Source: an uncultured Actinomycetes bacterium (GTDB lineage: Bacteria; Actinomycetota; Thermoleophilia; Solirubrobacterales; 70-9). Taken from it: DNA of 64,000 nucleotides. The stretch lies in assembly GCA_963766705.1 (NCBI GenBank), contig CAVYBE010000008.1:35281-99280 (forward strand), in the 5' to 3' direction. How positions within the stretch are numbered: the stretch's first letter is position 1; every line of letters begins with the position of its first letter. This document shows positions 26,410 to 35,650 of this stretch, piece by piece. The notes beneath the pieces were generated by a model. It had not been told where the DNA came from, did no database searches, and worked only from the letters and a program-made list of their open reading frames with translations. Position numbers and translations under genes: made by a program.

Positions 26410-26415
26410 CCCGGC

Positions 26416-27657
26416 TCAGGCGCCCGGGTCGACGCTGAGCAGCCGGCCCAGATCGCCGGCCATCAGGTCCTCGCCCGCCGCGGCGGAGATCGCCTGCACG
26501 AGCTCGCGCAGGCGGGCGACGACGGTGGGGTCGGACTTCGCGAACAGCGCGACCTGACTGAAGCCGAGACCCACCAGGTCCTCGAGGTCGCGGACGGCGG
26601 CGAGCAGGCGGGGATCGCCGCGGCCGTCGACCCGCACCGCCGCGGCGCGCGGCGCGCCGGCGAGCTCGATCAGCCCGGCCGCCAACGCGTCCATGGCGGT
26701 CGTCGCGGTGGTCGGGTCGTTGATCGAGGGCGAGAGCCCCTTCAGCGCGACGTCGGCGAGCTGGCGCACCGGGAACCCCGGGTCCTGCGGCAGGCTCCGC
26801 TGCCCGCCCAGCTCGAAGTGGGCGCGCATCTGTCCCTCCACCGCGTCCGTCCACCCCTCGCCCGCCACCCAGACCTCGGCCAGGACCTGCCCCGGGAGCA
26901 CGTAGTCGCCGACCGGGACGACCTGGCGCACGAGGGCGTCGTGCCGCGCGGCCAGCTCGATCAACGCGCCCCCCGCGACGGTCACCAGGAAGCCCGCGTG
27001 CTCACTGCGCAGTGCCGCCGCGGGCGCGGCCGCCATGCGCTCTTCGGCCGCCGCCCGCGCCGCCCGCTCGTCCTCGGGCTCGTCCCCGACGCCGGCCGGG
27101 TAAGGGTGCCGGAGCTCCGGCAGCGCGTCGGCGGCGATCGAGCCGATCACCGAGGCGGGCTGCAGCATGTTGACGATGTGCCCGACGAAGTGGGCGAAGA
27201 TGCCGAAGGCGACCACCGCGAGGACGACGGCGACGGCGACCGAGAGATTCGGGACCCGGTGCGGGCCGAGGGACCCGAGCCGGACCAGCACCGCGAGGCA
27301 GTAGATGAAGACGCCGAGGAAGGCGGCCAGCGACAGCTGGCTGGTCAGATCGCGTCGGAAGCTGCGCAGGACGCGGGGGCTCAGCTGGTTGGCCGACAGC
27401 GTGAAGGCGACGATCGTCACCGAGATCGAGATCCCGGCGACCGAGACGGTGGCCGTGGCGATCGTCTCGAGCATGCTGCGGGCGGCGTCCTGGGTCGAGA
27501 AGACGAAGAGCGGCACGCGGACGTCGAGCCACTTGTCGACCTCCGGCATGCCGAGGCCGACGACCAGGCCGATGCCCATCGCCAGCGCCGCCGGGAAGCC
27601 GAAGGTCGTGCGCAGGAGGTCGACCAGCGCCGCCGCCCGCTCGCGCGGCACGTTCAC
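26416..27657 (-). CDS. membrane protein, DUF2254-like
   Basis: 413 aa. Four N-terminal TM helices followed by a soluble domain. The family name is recalled from memory and needs an HMM check. Confidence 0.6.
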   Translation of the reverse strand: MNVPRERAAALVDLLRTTFGFPAALAMGIGLVVGLGMPEVDKWLDVRVPLFVFSTQDAARSMLETIATATVSVAGISISVTIVAFTLSANQLSPRVLRSFRRDLTSQLSLAAFLGVFIYCLAVLVRLGSLGPHRVPNLSVAVAVVLAVVAFGIFAHFVGHIVNMLQPASVIGSIAADALPELRHPYPAGVGDEPEDERAARAAAEERMAAAPAAALRSEHAGFLVTVAGGALIELAARHDALVRQVVPVGDYVLPGQVLAEVWVAGEGWTDAVEGQMRAHFELGGQRSLPQDPGFPVRQLADVALKGLSPSINDPTTATTAMDALAAGLIELAGAPRAAAVRVDGRGDPRLLAAVRDLEDLVGLGFSQVALFAKSDPTVVARLRELVQAISAAAGEDLMAGDLGRLLSVDPGA

Positions 27658-27841
27658 TGGCGCTTCCTCTCTCGGCGTCGCTCCGCGGTCTCGATCTCCG
27701 CACCTCTACCCGTTGCGGCCACCGGGGACTCTGCCGCCACGCAAGCGGTCGGATCGCCCGCATCGGCGCCGTCGCTCGGAGCCGCCCTTGCTTAGGTGTT
27801 TTCGAACAAAGACACAAAGATTTCTTGATAAGGTCGCGCCG

Positions 27842-27868
27842 TCCAATGAGGCGGGGCGGTGCATTGGA
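27842..27868. promoter_or_regulatory. inverted repeat TCCAATG-N13-CATTGGA upstream of the S53 peptidase
   Basis: tccaatgaggcggggcggtgcattgga sits 39 nt upstream of the ATG at 27907, just after an AT-rich stretch (27790-27835). Confidence 0.25.
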
Positions 27869-27906
27869 CGAGGCGTCGCGGAGCCCCTGACCGAAAGGGC
27901 CTCGGC

Positions 27907-30489
27907 ATGCACCACCGTCCATCCCCAAGATCCGGCGCGCCGTTCCTCGTCCTGCTGGCGATCGCCTGCGGTTGCCTGGCGATACCCGCGCCGGCCGCCC
28001 GGGCGGCGGCGGGGCGCGGCCGCGTCGGCGCGGCGCCGGCGCTCCCCCGGGGCGCCACCGTCACCGGGTCGCTCGCGCCCGAACGGGAGCTGCGGTTGGC
28101 CGTCATGCTGGAACCGCGTGACCCGTCCGGCCTGGAAGCGCTGGCGACCGCGGTCTCGACGCCGGGCTCGCTGTCCTACCGCCAATACCTCGGCGTCGGT
28201 GAATTCGCCGACCGCTTCGGCGCCCCGCCGAGCGCCGTCGCCACGGTGGGCGCGACCCTGCGCGCGCAGGGCTTACAGGTCGGCGAAGCCGCCGCCAACA
28301 GCCTCACGCTGCCGGTGACCGGCACCGCCGCGGCGGTGGAAGCCGCCTTCGACACCCCGCTGAAGACGGTCCGGCTGCCCTCCGGACGGATGGCGTTCGC
28401 CAACGCGCAGGCGCCGTCGGCCCCCGCCGCCATCGCCCCCGACATCCAGGGCGTGATCGGCCTCGATGACCTCCACCCCGTCCTGCCGGTCTCCGAACCG
28501 GCGGTCCGCCGCTCCCGCACGGGCGCGGGCGCGAGCGCGCCGGGGCCCGCGGCACGCTCGACCGCAGGGGCGGCGGGACAGATCGCCACCGGCGGCCCGC
28601 AGCCCTGTGCCGAAGCCACCTTCGCGGCGGCCACCCAGAACACCTACACGCTCGACGAACTGGCCGCCGCCTACGAGTTCCCCGGCCTCTACGGCCTCGG
28701 CGACCTGGGCAGCGGGCAGACGATCGCCGTGACCGAGATCGGCGACGCCCACCTGCCATCGGACATCGCCGCCTTCCAGGCCTGCTACGGGACCCACGCG
28801 CAGGTGACGAGCGTCCCGGTCGCCGGAGGCCTGCCCCCCGGCCTGAGCCTGGGAGAGGCGACGCTCGACATCGAGACGATCATCGGCCTGGCGCCGGGCG
28901 CGAAGATCGACGTCTACGAAACCGAACCGCAAAGCCTCGTCGCCTTCGTCGAAGTCGACTCGGCGATCGTCTCCCAGGACGTCGCCAAAACGATCTCCAA
29001 CTCCTACGGGCTCTGCGAGGAGGCAATGGGGTTCGCGGTGGTCAACGCCGAGAACACCCTCCTGCAGGAGGCCGCGGTGCAGGGCCAGACCTTCTTCACC
29101 GCCTCCGGCGACAACGGATCGCAGTCTTGCTCGCGCATTTCCGCCGAAGACACCGAACTGACCGTTCTCGACCCGGCGAGCCAGCCGTTCGCGACCGCCG
29201 TCGGCGGCACGACCCTGACCGCGGTCGGCCCGCCGGCGCAGGAGACCGTCTGGAACGAAGGTTCGAACGCCACCGGCGGCGGCATCTCCCACTACTGGCC
29301 GATGCCCGCCTACCAGGCGAACGCCCTGCCCGGCCTCGGGGTGCTGAGCACCGAATCCTCGGGCGCCCCGTGCGGGAGCGTCGGCTTCTGTCGCGAGGTG
29401 CCGGACGTCTCCGCGGACGCCGGCCCGCGCGGCGGCTACACGGTGCTCAACAACGGCGAATGGACCGGGATTGGTGGCACCAGCGCCGCGACGCCGTTGT
29501 GGGCGGCGATGATCGGCCTCGTCGACGCCGCGCCGGGCTGCCGCGGGCGGGGCGTCGGCTTCATCAACCCCGCCCTCTACCAGATCGCCGGGTCCAACTA
29601 TGCAGGCAACTTCCTCGACGTCACCCGGCCGTCGCCGGAGGGCCTGGCGGGCAACGACATCCTCTTCGGAGGCCTCGAACCGTATCCCGTGAAACCGGGC
29701 TACGACATGACCACCGGGCTCGGATCGCCGATCGCCCCCAACCTCGCCGCCTCCCTCTGCGCGCTGGCCTCGCCCGCCTACGCGGTCGGGCTCACGCCGC
29801 CCGCGGAAGCCAACGGAATTGTCGGCAGCCCGCTCACCCTGCAGGTCGAAGGCACCGACTCGGGCAACCTGCCGCTCACCTACACCGCCACCGGCCTGCC
29901 CGCGGGCCTCAGCCTCAACCCCGCAACCGGCGTCATCGCCGGCGTTCCCCAGGCGCCAGGTCAAGCGACGATCTCGGTGAGCGCGACCGACGCCTACGCC
30001 AACGGCGCCGCGACCAGCTTCACGCTCACGGTGGCCGAACCTCCGCCACCTCCTCCGGCCCACCGGCGCCGGAAGAAGCTGAAGCTGTCGAAGGCGAAGC
30101 TGAAGGGAGTCGCCCAGCACAGGCCGCGGCTGAGCCTGGTCCTGACCGCGGTGGGCAAGCGCAACCGCTACGACCGGGTCACGATGAAGCTCGGGCGCGG
30201 GCTCTGGTTCGCCCACGCCCACCGTGCCCTGGCGCACGGGGCGCTGGCCGAGAACCGCCACGGCCGGGCGATCCGCGCCCGCGTGAAGGTCAAGCGAGGG
30301 AGGCTGGTGTTGAGGTTCGCCCACCGGCAGAAGGAGACCCGCCTGGTCGTGCGCTTCCCCGCCCTGCGGAGCAAGCGGGCCCTCTCGCGCCAGGTCCGCA
30401 AGCACAAGGTCAAGCGGGTGAAGCTGGTCGTCTCGGCGAAGGGGAAGTCGCGGACGAACTCGGTGCGCACCCGCCTGCGCGCCCACTGA
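27907..30489 (+). CDS. secreted S53 (sedolisin/kumamolisin-type) serine peptidase with Ig-like domain and basic C-terminal extension
   Basis: Signal MHHRPSPRSGAPFLVLLAIACGCLAIPAPAARA. Pro-kumamolisin activation-domain pattern SYRQYLGVGEFADRFGAP. Catalytic region FFTASGDNGS and GIGGTSAATPLWAAMIGL. Ig-like repeat YTATGLPAGLSLNPATGVIAGVP. It ends with PPPPPPAHRRRKKLKLSKAKLKG and about 140 further Arg/Lys-rich residues. Confidence 0.85.
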   Translation: MHHRPSPRSGAPFLVLLAIACGCLAIPAPAARAAAGRGRVGAAPALPRGATVTGSLAPERELRLAVMLEPRDPSGLEALATAVSTPGSLSYRQYLGVGEFADRFGAPPSAVATVGATLRAQGLQVGEAAANSLTLPVTGTAAAVEAAFDTPLKTVRLPSGRMAFANAQAPSAPAAIAPDIQGVIGLDDLHPVLPVSEPAVRRSRTGAGASAPGPAARSTAGAAGQIATGGPQPCAEATFAAATQNTYTLDELAAAYEFPGLYGLGDLGSGQTIAVTEIGDAHLPSDIAAFQACYGTHAQVTSVPVAGGLPPGLSLGEATLDIETIIGLAPGAKIDVYETEPQSLVAFVEVDSAIVSQDVAKTISNSYGLCEEAMGFAVVNAENTLLQEAAVQGQTFFTASGDNGSQSCSRISAEDTELTVLDPASQPFATAVGGTTLTAVGPPAQETVWNEGSNATGGGISHYWPMPAYQANALPGLGVLSTESSGAPCGSVGFCREVPDVSADAGPRGGYTVLNNGEWTGIGGTSAATPLWAAMIGLVDAAPGCRGRGVGFINPALYQIAGSNYAGNFLDVTRPSPEGLAGNDILFGGLEPYPVKPGYDMTTGLGSPIAPNLAASLCALASPAYAVGLTPPAEANGIVGSPLTLQVEGTDSGNLPLTYTATGLPAGLSLNPATGVIAGVPQAPGQATISVSATDAYANGAATSFTLTVAEPPPPPPAHRRRKKLKLSKAKLKGVAQHRPRLSLVLTAVGKRNRYDRVTMKLGRGLWFAHAHRALAHGALAENRHGRAIRARVKVKRGRLVLRFAHRQKETRLVVRFPALRSKRALSRQVRKHKVKRVKLVVSAKGKSRTNSVRTRLRAH

Positions 30490-32797
30490 CCGTGACCGAG
30501 GATCGGCTGTCCGCCGCGGCGACGGCGGCCTGCCCGAAGGAGATGCCACCGTCGCCCGGTGGCAGGGCCTCCGGGACGAGCACCCTGAGGCCGTGGCGGG
30601 CCAGGAGCCCGGCGCAGCGCTGGAGCAGGAGGCGGTTCTGGAAGACGCCACCGGAGAGGACGACGGTCCCGACCCCGGCCGGCGAGCAGAGCTCCGCGCA
30701 GGCCTCGGCCGTCGCCGCCGCGACCGTCTCGTGGAAGCGGGCCGCGACCGTCGCCGGGGCGATCCCGGCCGCGAGGTCGGACAGGATCGCGCCCAGCGTC
30801 GGGCCGGGGTCGAGGACGCCTTCGGCGAACGGCATCTCGTAGCGGCCGCGCCCGCCGGCCGCCGCCATCGCCTCCAGCTCGATCGCCGCCTGGCCCTCGT
30901 AGGCGACCCGGGCGGGGGCCCCGCAGAGGGCGCCGACCGCGTCGAACAGGCGACCCATGCTGCTGGTCGCGGGCCCGCCGCCGACCTCGCAGAGCCGCAG
31001 GCAGTTGCGCCAGGCGCGGGGCTCGACGGCGGCGGCGAGGGCGGCCGGGACGTCGGGGTCAGCGCCACCGGCGGCGCGCAGCCAGGCGCACGCCATCCGC
31101 CACGGCTCGCGGATCGCCGCGGCCCCGCCGGGCAGCGGCACGACGCGCAGGTGACCGGCCCGCGCGAACCCACGCAGGTCGCCGAGCAGCAGCTCACCGC
31201 CCCAGATCGTGCCGTCGCCCCCCAGCCCGGTGCCGTCGAAGATCGCTCCCAGCGCCGGGCCCGCCTCGCCGTGCTCGGCCAGGCAGGCCGCGAGGTGGGC
31301 GTGATGGTGCTGCACGCCGAGGTGCCGGACTCCCTGCCGCTCCAGCGCGTACCTCGTCGACAGGTAGTCCGGGTGCAGGTCGTGGGCGACGACCGCGGGC
31401 GCGACCGCGAACAGCGCCTCGAAGTGGGCGATCCCTTGCTCGAAGGAACGCAGGGTCTCGTAGTTCTCGAGGTCCCCGATGTGGTGGCCGACCCAGGCCC
31501 GATCCTCCTTCGCGAGGCAGAAGGTGTTCTTCAGCGCGGCGCCGCAGGCCAGCACCGGGGCCGCGGCGGCGACGGGCAGGGAGAGGCCGTCGGGGACGTG
31601 GCCGCGCGAGCGGCGCAGCATCAGCGGCCGACGCCCGGCGGGCAGCTCGACCACGCGCGCGACCGAGTCGTCGGTGCGGATGTGGATCGGCCGGTCGTGG
31701 AGGAGGAAGGCGTCGCCGATCGGCGCCAGCCGCTCGCGCGCGTCGTCGTCGCGGTAGGCGATCGGCTCCTCGGCGCGGTTGCCGCTGGTCAACACCAGCG
31801 GCACCCCGGCGTCGCGGGCGAGCAGGTGGTGCAGCGGCGAGTAGGGCAGCATCAACCCGAGCTCGCCGGCCCGCGGCGCGACCGCGGCGGCCACCGGCGC
31901 GCCGGCGCGGCGTCGGGCAAGGACGATCGGGCGGGCGCGGGACGTGAGCAGCGCCGCCTCCTCCTCCCCCACCTCGGCCAGCTCCGCCGCCGCCGCGAGG
32001 TCGGCGACCAGCAGCGCGAAGGGCTTCTCCTCGCGATGCTTGCGCGAGCGCAGCGCCGCCACCACATCCTCGCGGTCGGCGCGACAGGCGAGGTGGTAGC
32101 CGCCGATCCCCTTCACCGCGACGATCATTCCCGCCCGCAGTGCCGCCGCCGCGAGGGCGACCGCGTCGGCTGCGGCCGGCTCGTCCTCCTCCCCGCCGGT
32201 ACCGACGAAGCGCGCCCGCGGGCCGCACTCCGGACAGGCGTTGGGCTGGGCGTGGAAGCGGCGGTCGAGCGGGTCCTCGTACTCGGCCCGGCACCGCTCG
32301 CACATCTCGAACCCCGCCATCGTGGTCAGCGGCCGGTCGTAGGGCACCGCCTCGACGATCGTGAAGCGCGGCCCGCAATTGGTGCAGTTGACGAACGGGT
32401 AGCGGTGGCGCCGGTCGTCGGGGTCGAACAGCTCGGCCAGGCAGTCGGCGCAGGTGGCGCCGTCGGGGGCGACCGGCGCCCGTGCCTCGCCGGCCGCGTC
32501 GCTGGCCAGGATCCGAAAGCCGGCGGCGGCGTGGCTCGGCTCGATCTCGGTCGGCTCGACCGACTCGACCGCGGCCAACGGCGGCGCCTCGTCGCGGACG
32601 CGGGCCAGCAGCGCGGCGATCGCGGCCGGCTCGCCCTCCGCCTCGATGACGACCCCGCGGGTGTCATTGCGCACCCAGCCGGAGAGCGACAGCTCGCGCG
32701 CGATCCGGTAGACGAACGGTCGGAAGCCGACCCCCTGGACGGTGCCGGTGACCCGGGCCCGCACCCGCCGCCTGGTCGCGCTCCCGGTCGAGGCCAT
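30410..32797 (-). CDS. hypF: [NiFe]-hydrogenase maturation carbamoyltransferase HypF
   Basis: Starts at MASTGSATRRRVRARVTGTVQGVGFRPFVYRIA (acylphosphatase-like domain). Zinc fingers CADCLAEL, NCTNCGPRF, CERCRAEY, CPECGPR. YrdC-like and Kae1-like regions follow, with GDGGISFGQAA near the C-terminus. The tail overlaps the convergent S53 gene by 80 nt. Confidence 0.9.
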   Translation of the reverse strand: MASTGSATRRRVRARVTGTVQGVGFRPFVYRIARELSLSGWVRNDTRGVVIEAEGEPAAIAALLARVRDEAPPLAAVESVEPTEIEPSHAAAGFRILASDAAGEARAPVAPDGATCADCLAELFDPDDRRHRYPFVNCTNCGPRFTIVEAVPYDRPLTTMAGFEMCERCRAEYEDPLDRRFHAQPNACPECGPRARFVGTGGEEDEPAAADAVALAAAALRAGMIVAVKGIGGYHLACRADREDVVAALRSRKHREEKPFALLVADLAAAAELAEVGEEEAALLTSRARPIVLARRRAGAPVAAAVAPRAGELGLMLPYSPLHHLLARDAGVPLVLTSGNRAEEPIAYRDDDARERLAPIGDAFLLHDRPIHIRTDDSVARVVELPAGRRPLMLRRSRGHVPDGLSLPVAAAAPVLACGAALKNTFCLAKEDRAWVGHHIGDLENYETLRSFEQGIAHFEALFAVAPAVVAHDLHPDYLSTRYALERQGVRHLGVQHHHAHLAACLAEHGEAGPALGAIFDGTGLGGDGTIWGGELLLGDLRGFARAGHLRVVPLPGGAAAIREPWRMACAWLRAAGGADPDVPAALAAAVEPRAWRNCLRLCEVGGGPATSSMGRLFDAVGALCGAPARVAYEGQAAIELEAMAAAGGRGRYEMPFAEGVLDPGPTLGAILSDLAAGIAPATVAARFHETVAAATAEACAELCSPAGVGTVVLSGGVFQNRLLLQRCAGLLARHGLRVLVPEALPPGDGGISFGQAAVAAADSRSSVTVSGRAGGCAPSSSATSPSPRRPASPA

Positions 32798-32799
32798 TC

Positions 32800-34014
32800 T
32801 CACCCCGGCAGCTCGATCAGCTCCCGCAGCACGTGGTAGGCGCTCGCCTGCGCCTCCTGGATCCGCGGGATGTGCTGGGAGCGGCTGAGGACGACGTGGT
32901 CGGCGAGCCCCTCGGCGGCGATCCGCCCACCGTCGTAGCCGACCAGCGCGACGGTCGCCATCCCGCGCCGCCGCGCCTCGGCGAGCGCCGCGACCAGGTT
33001 CGCCGAGCTGCCGCTGGTCGAGAAGGCGATCGCGACGTCGCCCGGCGACCCGTAGGCGATCACCTGGCGCTGGAAGACGACCTCGGTGCCGACGTCGTTG
33101 CCGACCGCGGTGACGATCGCGCCGTCCTCGCCGAGGTCGATCGCGGCGCGCGGCGGCCAGCCGGGATCGGGCGGGAAGCGCAGGTCGGCGACCAGGTCGG
33201 TCGCGTCGGTGGCCGAGCCGCCGTTGCCGAGCGCGAGGACCTTGCCGCCCGCGTCGAGCGAGGCGCGCAGCGTCGCGGCGGCGGCGCGCAGCTCGGCGGC
33301 GCCCTCGCGGAGCGTCTGCTCGCGCAGCGCGCCGACCTCCTCGGACTTCGCCAGGACCGAGGCACCGACGTCGGCGATCACCCCCTCCAGGTCCACCTCC
33401 CCCTCCGCCAGGAACGGGTAGAGGAAGCCGGCCGCGCCGCTGTCGTGGACGGGCCCCGCGGTTCGCCCGGCGAGCAACCCGCGATGCTCGAAGAAGACGT
33501 GGACCGACTCCCAGAGCACGTGGTAGGCGGTCTCGATCACCTCCTGGCGGACGCTCGGGTCGGCGACCTCGACCGCCGGCTCCCACTCCGCCCCGGCACC
33601 CGACTCGAAGGACACGGTGAGGGCGCCGCGCCCGCGGGCGAGCGCCACCGCCGCCCGCACCTCCTCGCCCGCCTCGCCGGTCGGATCGAAGGCGATCACG
33701 ATGTCGTCGGCGTCGACCAGCAGCTCGGCCTGGCGGCGCAGCGGGCCGCCGTCGCGGGTCAGCCCGATCGCCGGCAGCGCCCGCTTGCCGACGATCACCG
33801 GGTGCACGAACTCGACCGTGACGTGGCGGACGTCGGAGCGGGCGCCGGGCGAGAGCCCGACCGCGACCAGCCGCCCGCCGCGGGCGAAGCGCTCGGCCAT
33901 CCGGTGGCAGAGCCGCGCCAGTTCCTCGGCGTGGCGCTCGAAGTAGGCGCCGCCCGCCTCGAGGCGACGGGCGAGCAGCTCGCCGACCCGGTCGGTGCCC
34001 GCCCGCGCCTCCAC
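32800..34014 (-). CDS. tandem SIS-domain (GmhA-like) protein of Hhy-type hydrogenase loci
   Basis: GTG at 34014, 2 nt after the hypB stop. The second SIS domain has KVLALGNGGSATDATDLVADL and DVAIAFSTSGSSANL; the first is degenerate. Confidence 0.75.
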   Translation of the reverse strand: MEARAGTDRVGELLARRLEAGGAYFERHAEELARLCHRMAERFARGGRLVAVGLSPGARSDVRHVTVEFVHPVIVGKRALPAIGLTRDGGPLRRQAELLVDADDIVIAFDPTGEAGEEVRAAVALARGRGALTVSFESGAGAEWEPAVEVADPSVRQEVIETAYHVLWESVHVFFEHRGLLAGRTAGPVHDSGAAGFLYPFLAEGEVDLEGVIADVGASVLAKSEEVGALREQTLREGAAELRAAAATLRASLDAGGKVLALGNGGSATDATDLVADLRFPPDPGWPPRAAIDLGEDGAIVTAVGNDVGTEVVFQRQVIAYGSPGDVAIAFSTSGSSANLVAALAEARRRGMATVALVGYDGGRIAAEGLADHVVLSRSQHIPRIQEAQASAYHVLRELIELPG

Positions 34015-34016
34015 GG

Positions 34017-34694
34017 TCAGGCGGCGGCCGGCGCCCGCTCCGCGACCCGCAGGAGCCAGTCGCGGAAACCGTCGACGCCCTCGCCGGTCTTGGCGCTGAC
34101 CAGCATGTGCTCGACCCCGGGATGGACCCCGTCGAGGTGGTAGAGAAACCGGTCGAGGTCGAAGTCGAGGTGCTCGAGCAGATCGACCTTGTTGATCAGC
34201 ACCAGCTCGCAGGTGCGGAACATCAGCGGGTACTTGAGCGGCTTGTCCTCGCCCTCGGTCACCGCGGAGACCATCACCCGGGCGTCTTCGCCGACCTTGA
34301 ACTCGGCCGGGCAGACGAGGTTGCCGACGTTCTCGATCACCAGCAGGTCGAGGTCGGCGAGCGGCAGGTCGGGCAGCGCCGAGCGGACCATGTTGGCGTC
34401 GAGATGGCACTCGCCGCCGAAGCCGGAGTCGGTGTTCAGCTGGACCACGGGGAGGTGGAGCGCCGCCAGCCGGTCGGCGTCGGCGGAGCCCTGCACGTCG
34501 CCCTCCAGCACCCCCACCCTCGCCCCCAGCCCGTCCAGCGCCCGTTCGAGCAGGGTCGTCTTCCCCGCCCCGGGGGCGCTCATGAAGTTCACCACCCCGA
34601 CCTCGTTGCGGTCGAAGTCGGCCCGGTTGGCGTTGGCGATCGTCGTGTTCGCGTCCAGCGCGTCCTCGGCGACCTTCACCTTGGTGCGATGCAT
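34017..34694 (-). CDS. hypB: hydrogenase nickel incorporation GTPase HypB
   Basis: Starts at MHRTKVKV. P-loop SAPGAGKTT, ENVGNLVCPA, INKVDL. Confidence 0.9.
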   Translation of the reverse strand: MHRTKVKVAEDALDANTTIANANRADFDRNEVGVVNFMSAPGAGKTTLLERALDGLGARVGVLEGDVQGSADADRLAALHLPVVQLNTDSGFGGECHLDANMVRSALPDLPLADLDLLVIENVGNLVCPAEFKVGEDARVMVSAVTEGEDKPLKYPLMFRTCELVLINKVDLLEHLDFDLDRFLYHLDGVHPGVEHMLVSAKTGEGVDGFRDWLLRVAERAPAAA

Positions 34695-35047
34695 GGCGTC
34701 TCCGCCTCCTCTCTCTCCTCGACGGTGATCGAATCTATTTCGAACTCGGTGCCGCTCAGGGTCTCGACCGCGGCGCCGCCGCAGCCCGGGCAGCGGAAGA
34801 TCGGCAGATCCGGCTCCCACTCGTGGGCGCAGTCGCCGCAGCGCAGCCGCACGGGCCGGTAGTCGACCTCCAGCGACGCGCCCTCGACCAGGGTGCCGCG
34901 GGTGACGATCCCGAAGTAGAAGTCGAGCGACTCGGGGACGACCTGGCGCATCGCCCCGATCCGCATCTGCACCGACCGCACCGGGCGACCGTCGGCGTGG
35001 CGCACGGCCGTGTCGACGATCGCGCCGGCCAGCGAGAGCTCGTGCAC
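34676..35047 (-). CDS. hypA: hydrogenase nickel insertion protein HypA
   Basis: MHELSLA start. Zinc motif CGDCAHEW...CPGCGG. Confidence 0.9.
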   Translation of the reverse strand: MHELSLAGAIVDTAVRHADGRPVRSVQMRIGAMRQVVPESLDFYFGIVTRGTLVEGASLEVDYRPVRLRCGDCAHEWEPDLPIFRCPGCGGAAVETLSGTEFEIDSITVEEREEAETPCIAPR

Positions 35048-35050
35048 GGC

Positions 35051-35650
35051 TCAGCCCGCCCCGTCCTCGTAGGCGCGGTCGGTGCGCAGCTCGGCGATCT
35101 GGGCGAAGACGGCGTCGACGGCGTGCTCGACCACCGCCGCGACCTCGTCGCTGAGGTCCATCCCCATCGACTCGACCGCGGTCGGCTCGCAGGCGACGAT
35201 CACCACGCGACCGGGCCAGCCGCCGACCGTCTTGACGAAGCGGAGCACCGTCTTCGGGTCCATCCCGTGGGGGTCGATCACCTCCCCGTCGGCGATCCCG
35301 GCCTCGACCTCGGCCTCGTCGGGCTCGATCACGTAGAGCGTGCCCGGTGCGCCGCCCTGGTCGCTGACGTCGACGATCACCAGCGCGTCGTAGCCGCGCA
35401 TCACCTCGTAGGCGAGGTCGAGGCCGCCGGTGCCGAAGTCCATCACGGTGACGCCGGGGGGCACACCGCGCCGCTCGACCGCGGCGGCGACGGCGCCGCC
35501 GAAGCCGTCGTCGGCGAGGAAGGCGTTGCCGACCCCGGCGACGAGGATCTGCTTCTCGCGGCCGGGGCGCGCCATCCGCGCCTCCATCCGGTCGACCGCG
35601 GCCTGCACCTCGCCCGCGCCGACGTCGATCCGGTGCCCGTCGATGCTCAC
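35051..35650 (-). CDS. hydrogenase maturation endopeptidase (HupD/HyaD family)
   Basis: Motifs: ILVAGVGNAFLADDGFG and DPHGMDP. The GTG start overlaps the upstream stop (GTGA); an internal Met start is possible. Confidence 0.8.
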   Translation of the reverse strand: MSIDGHRIDVGAGEVQAAVDRMEARMARPGREKQILVAGVGNAFLADDGFGGAVAAAVERRGVPPGVTVMDFGTGGLDLAYEVMRGYDALVIVDVSDQGGAPGTLYVIEPDEAEVEAGIADGEVIDPHGMDPKTVLRFVKTVGGWPGRVVIVACEPTAVESMGMDLSDEVAAVVEHAVDAVFAQIAELRTDRAYEDGAG

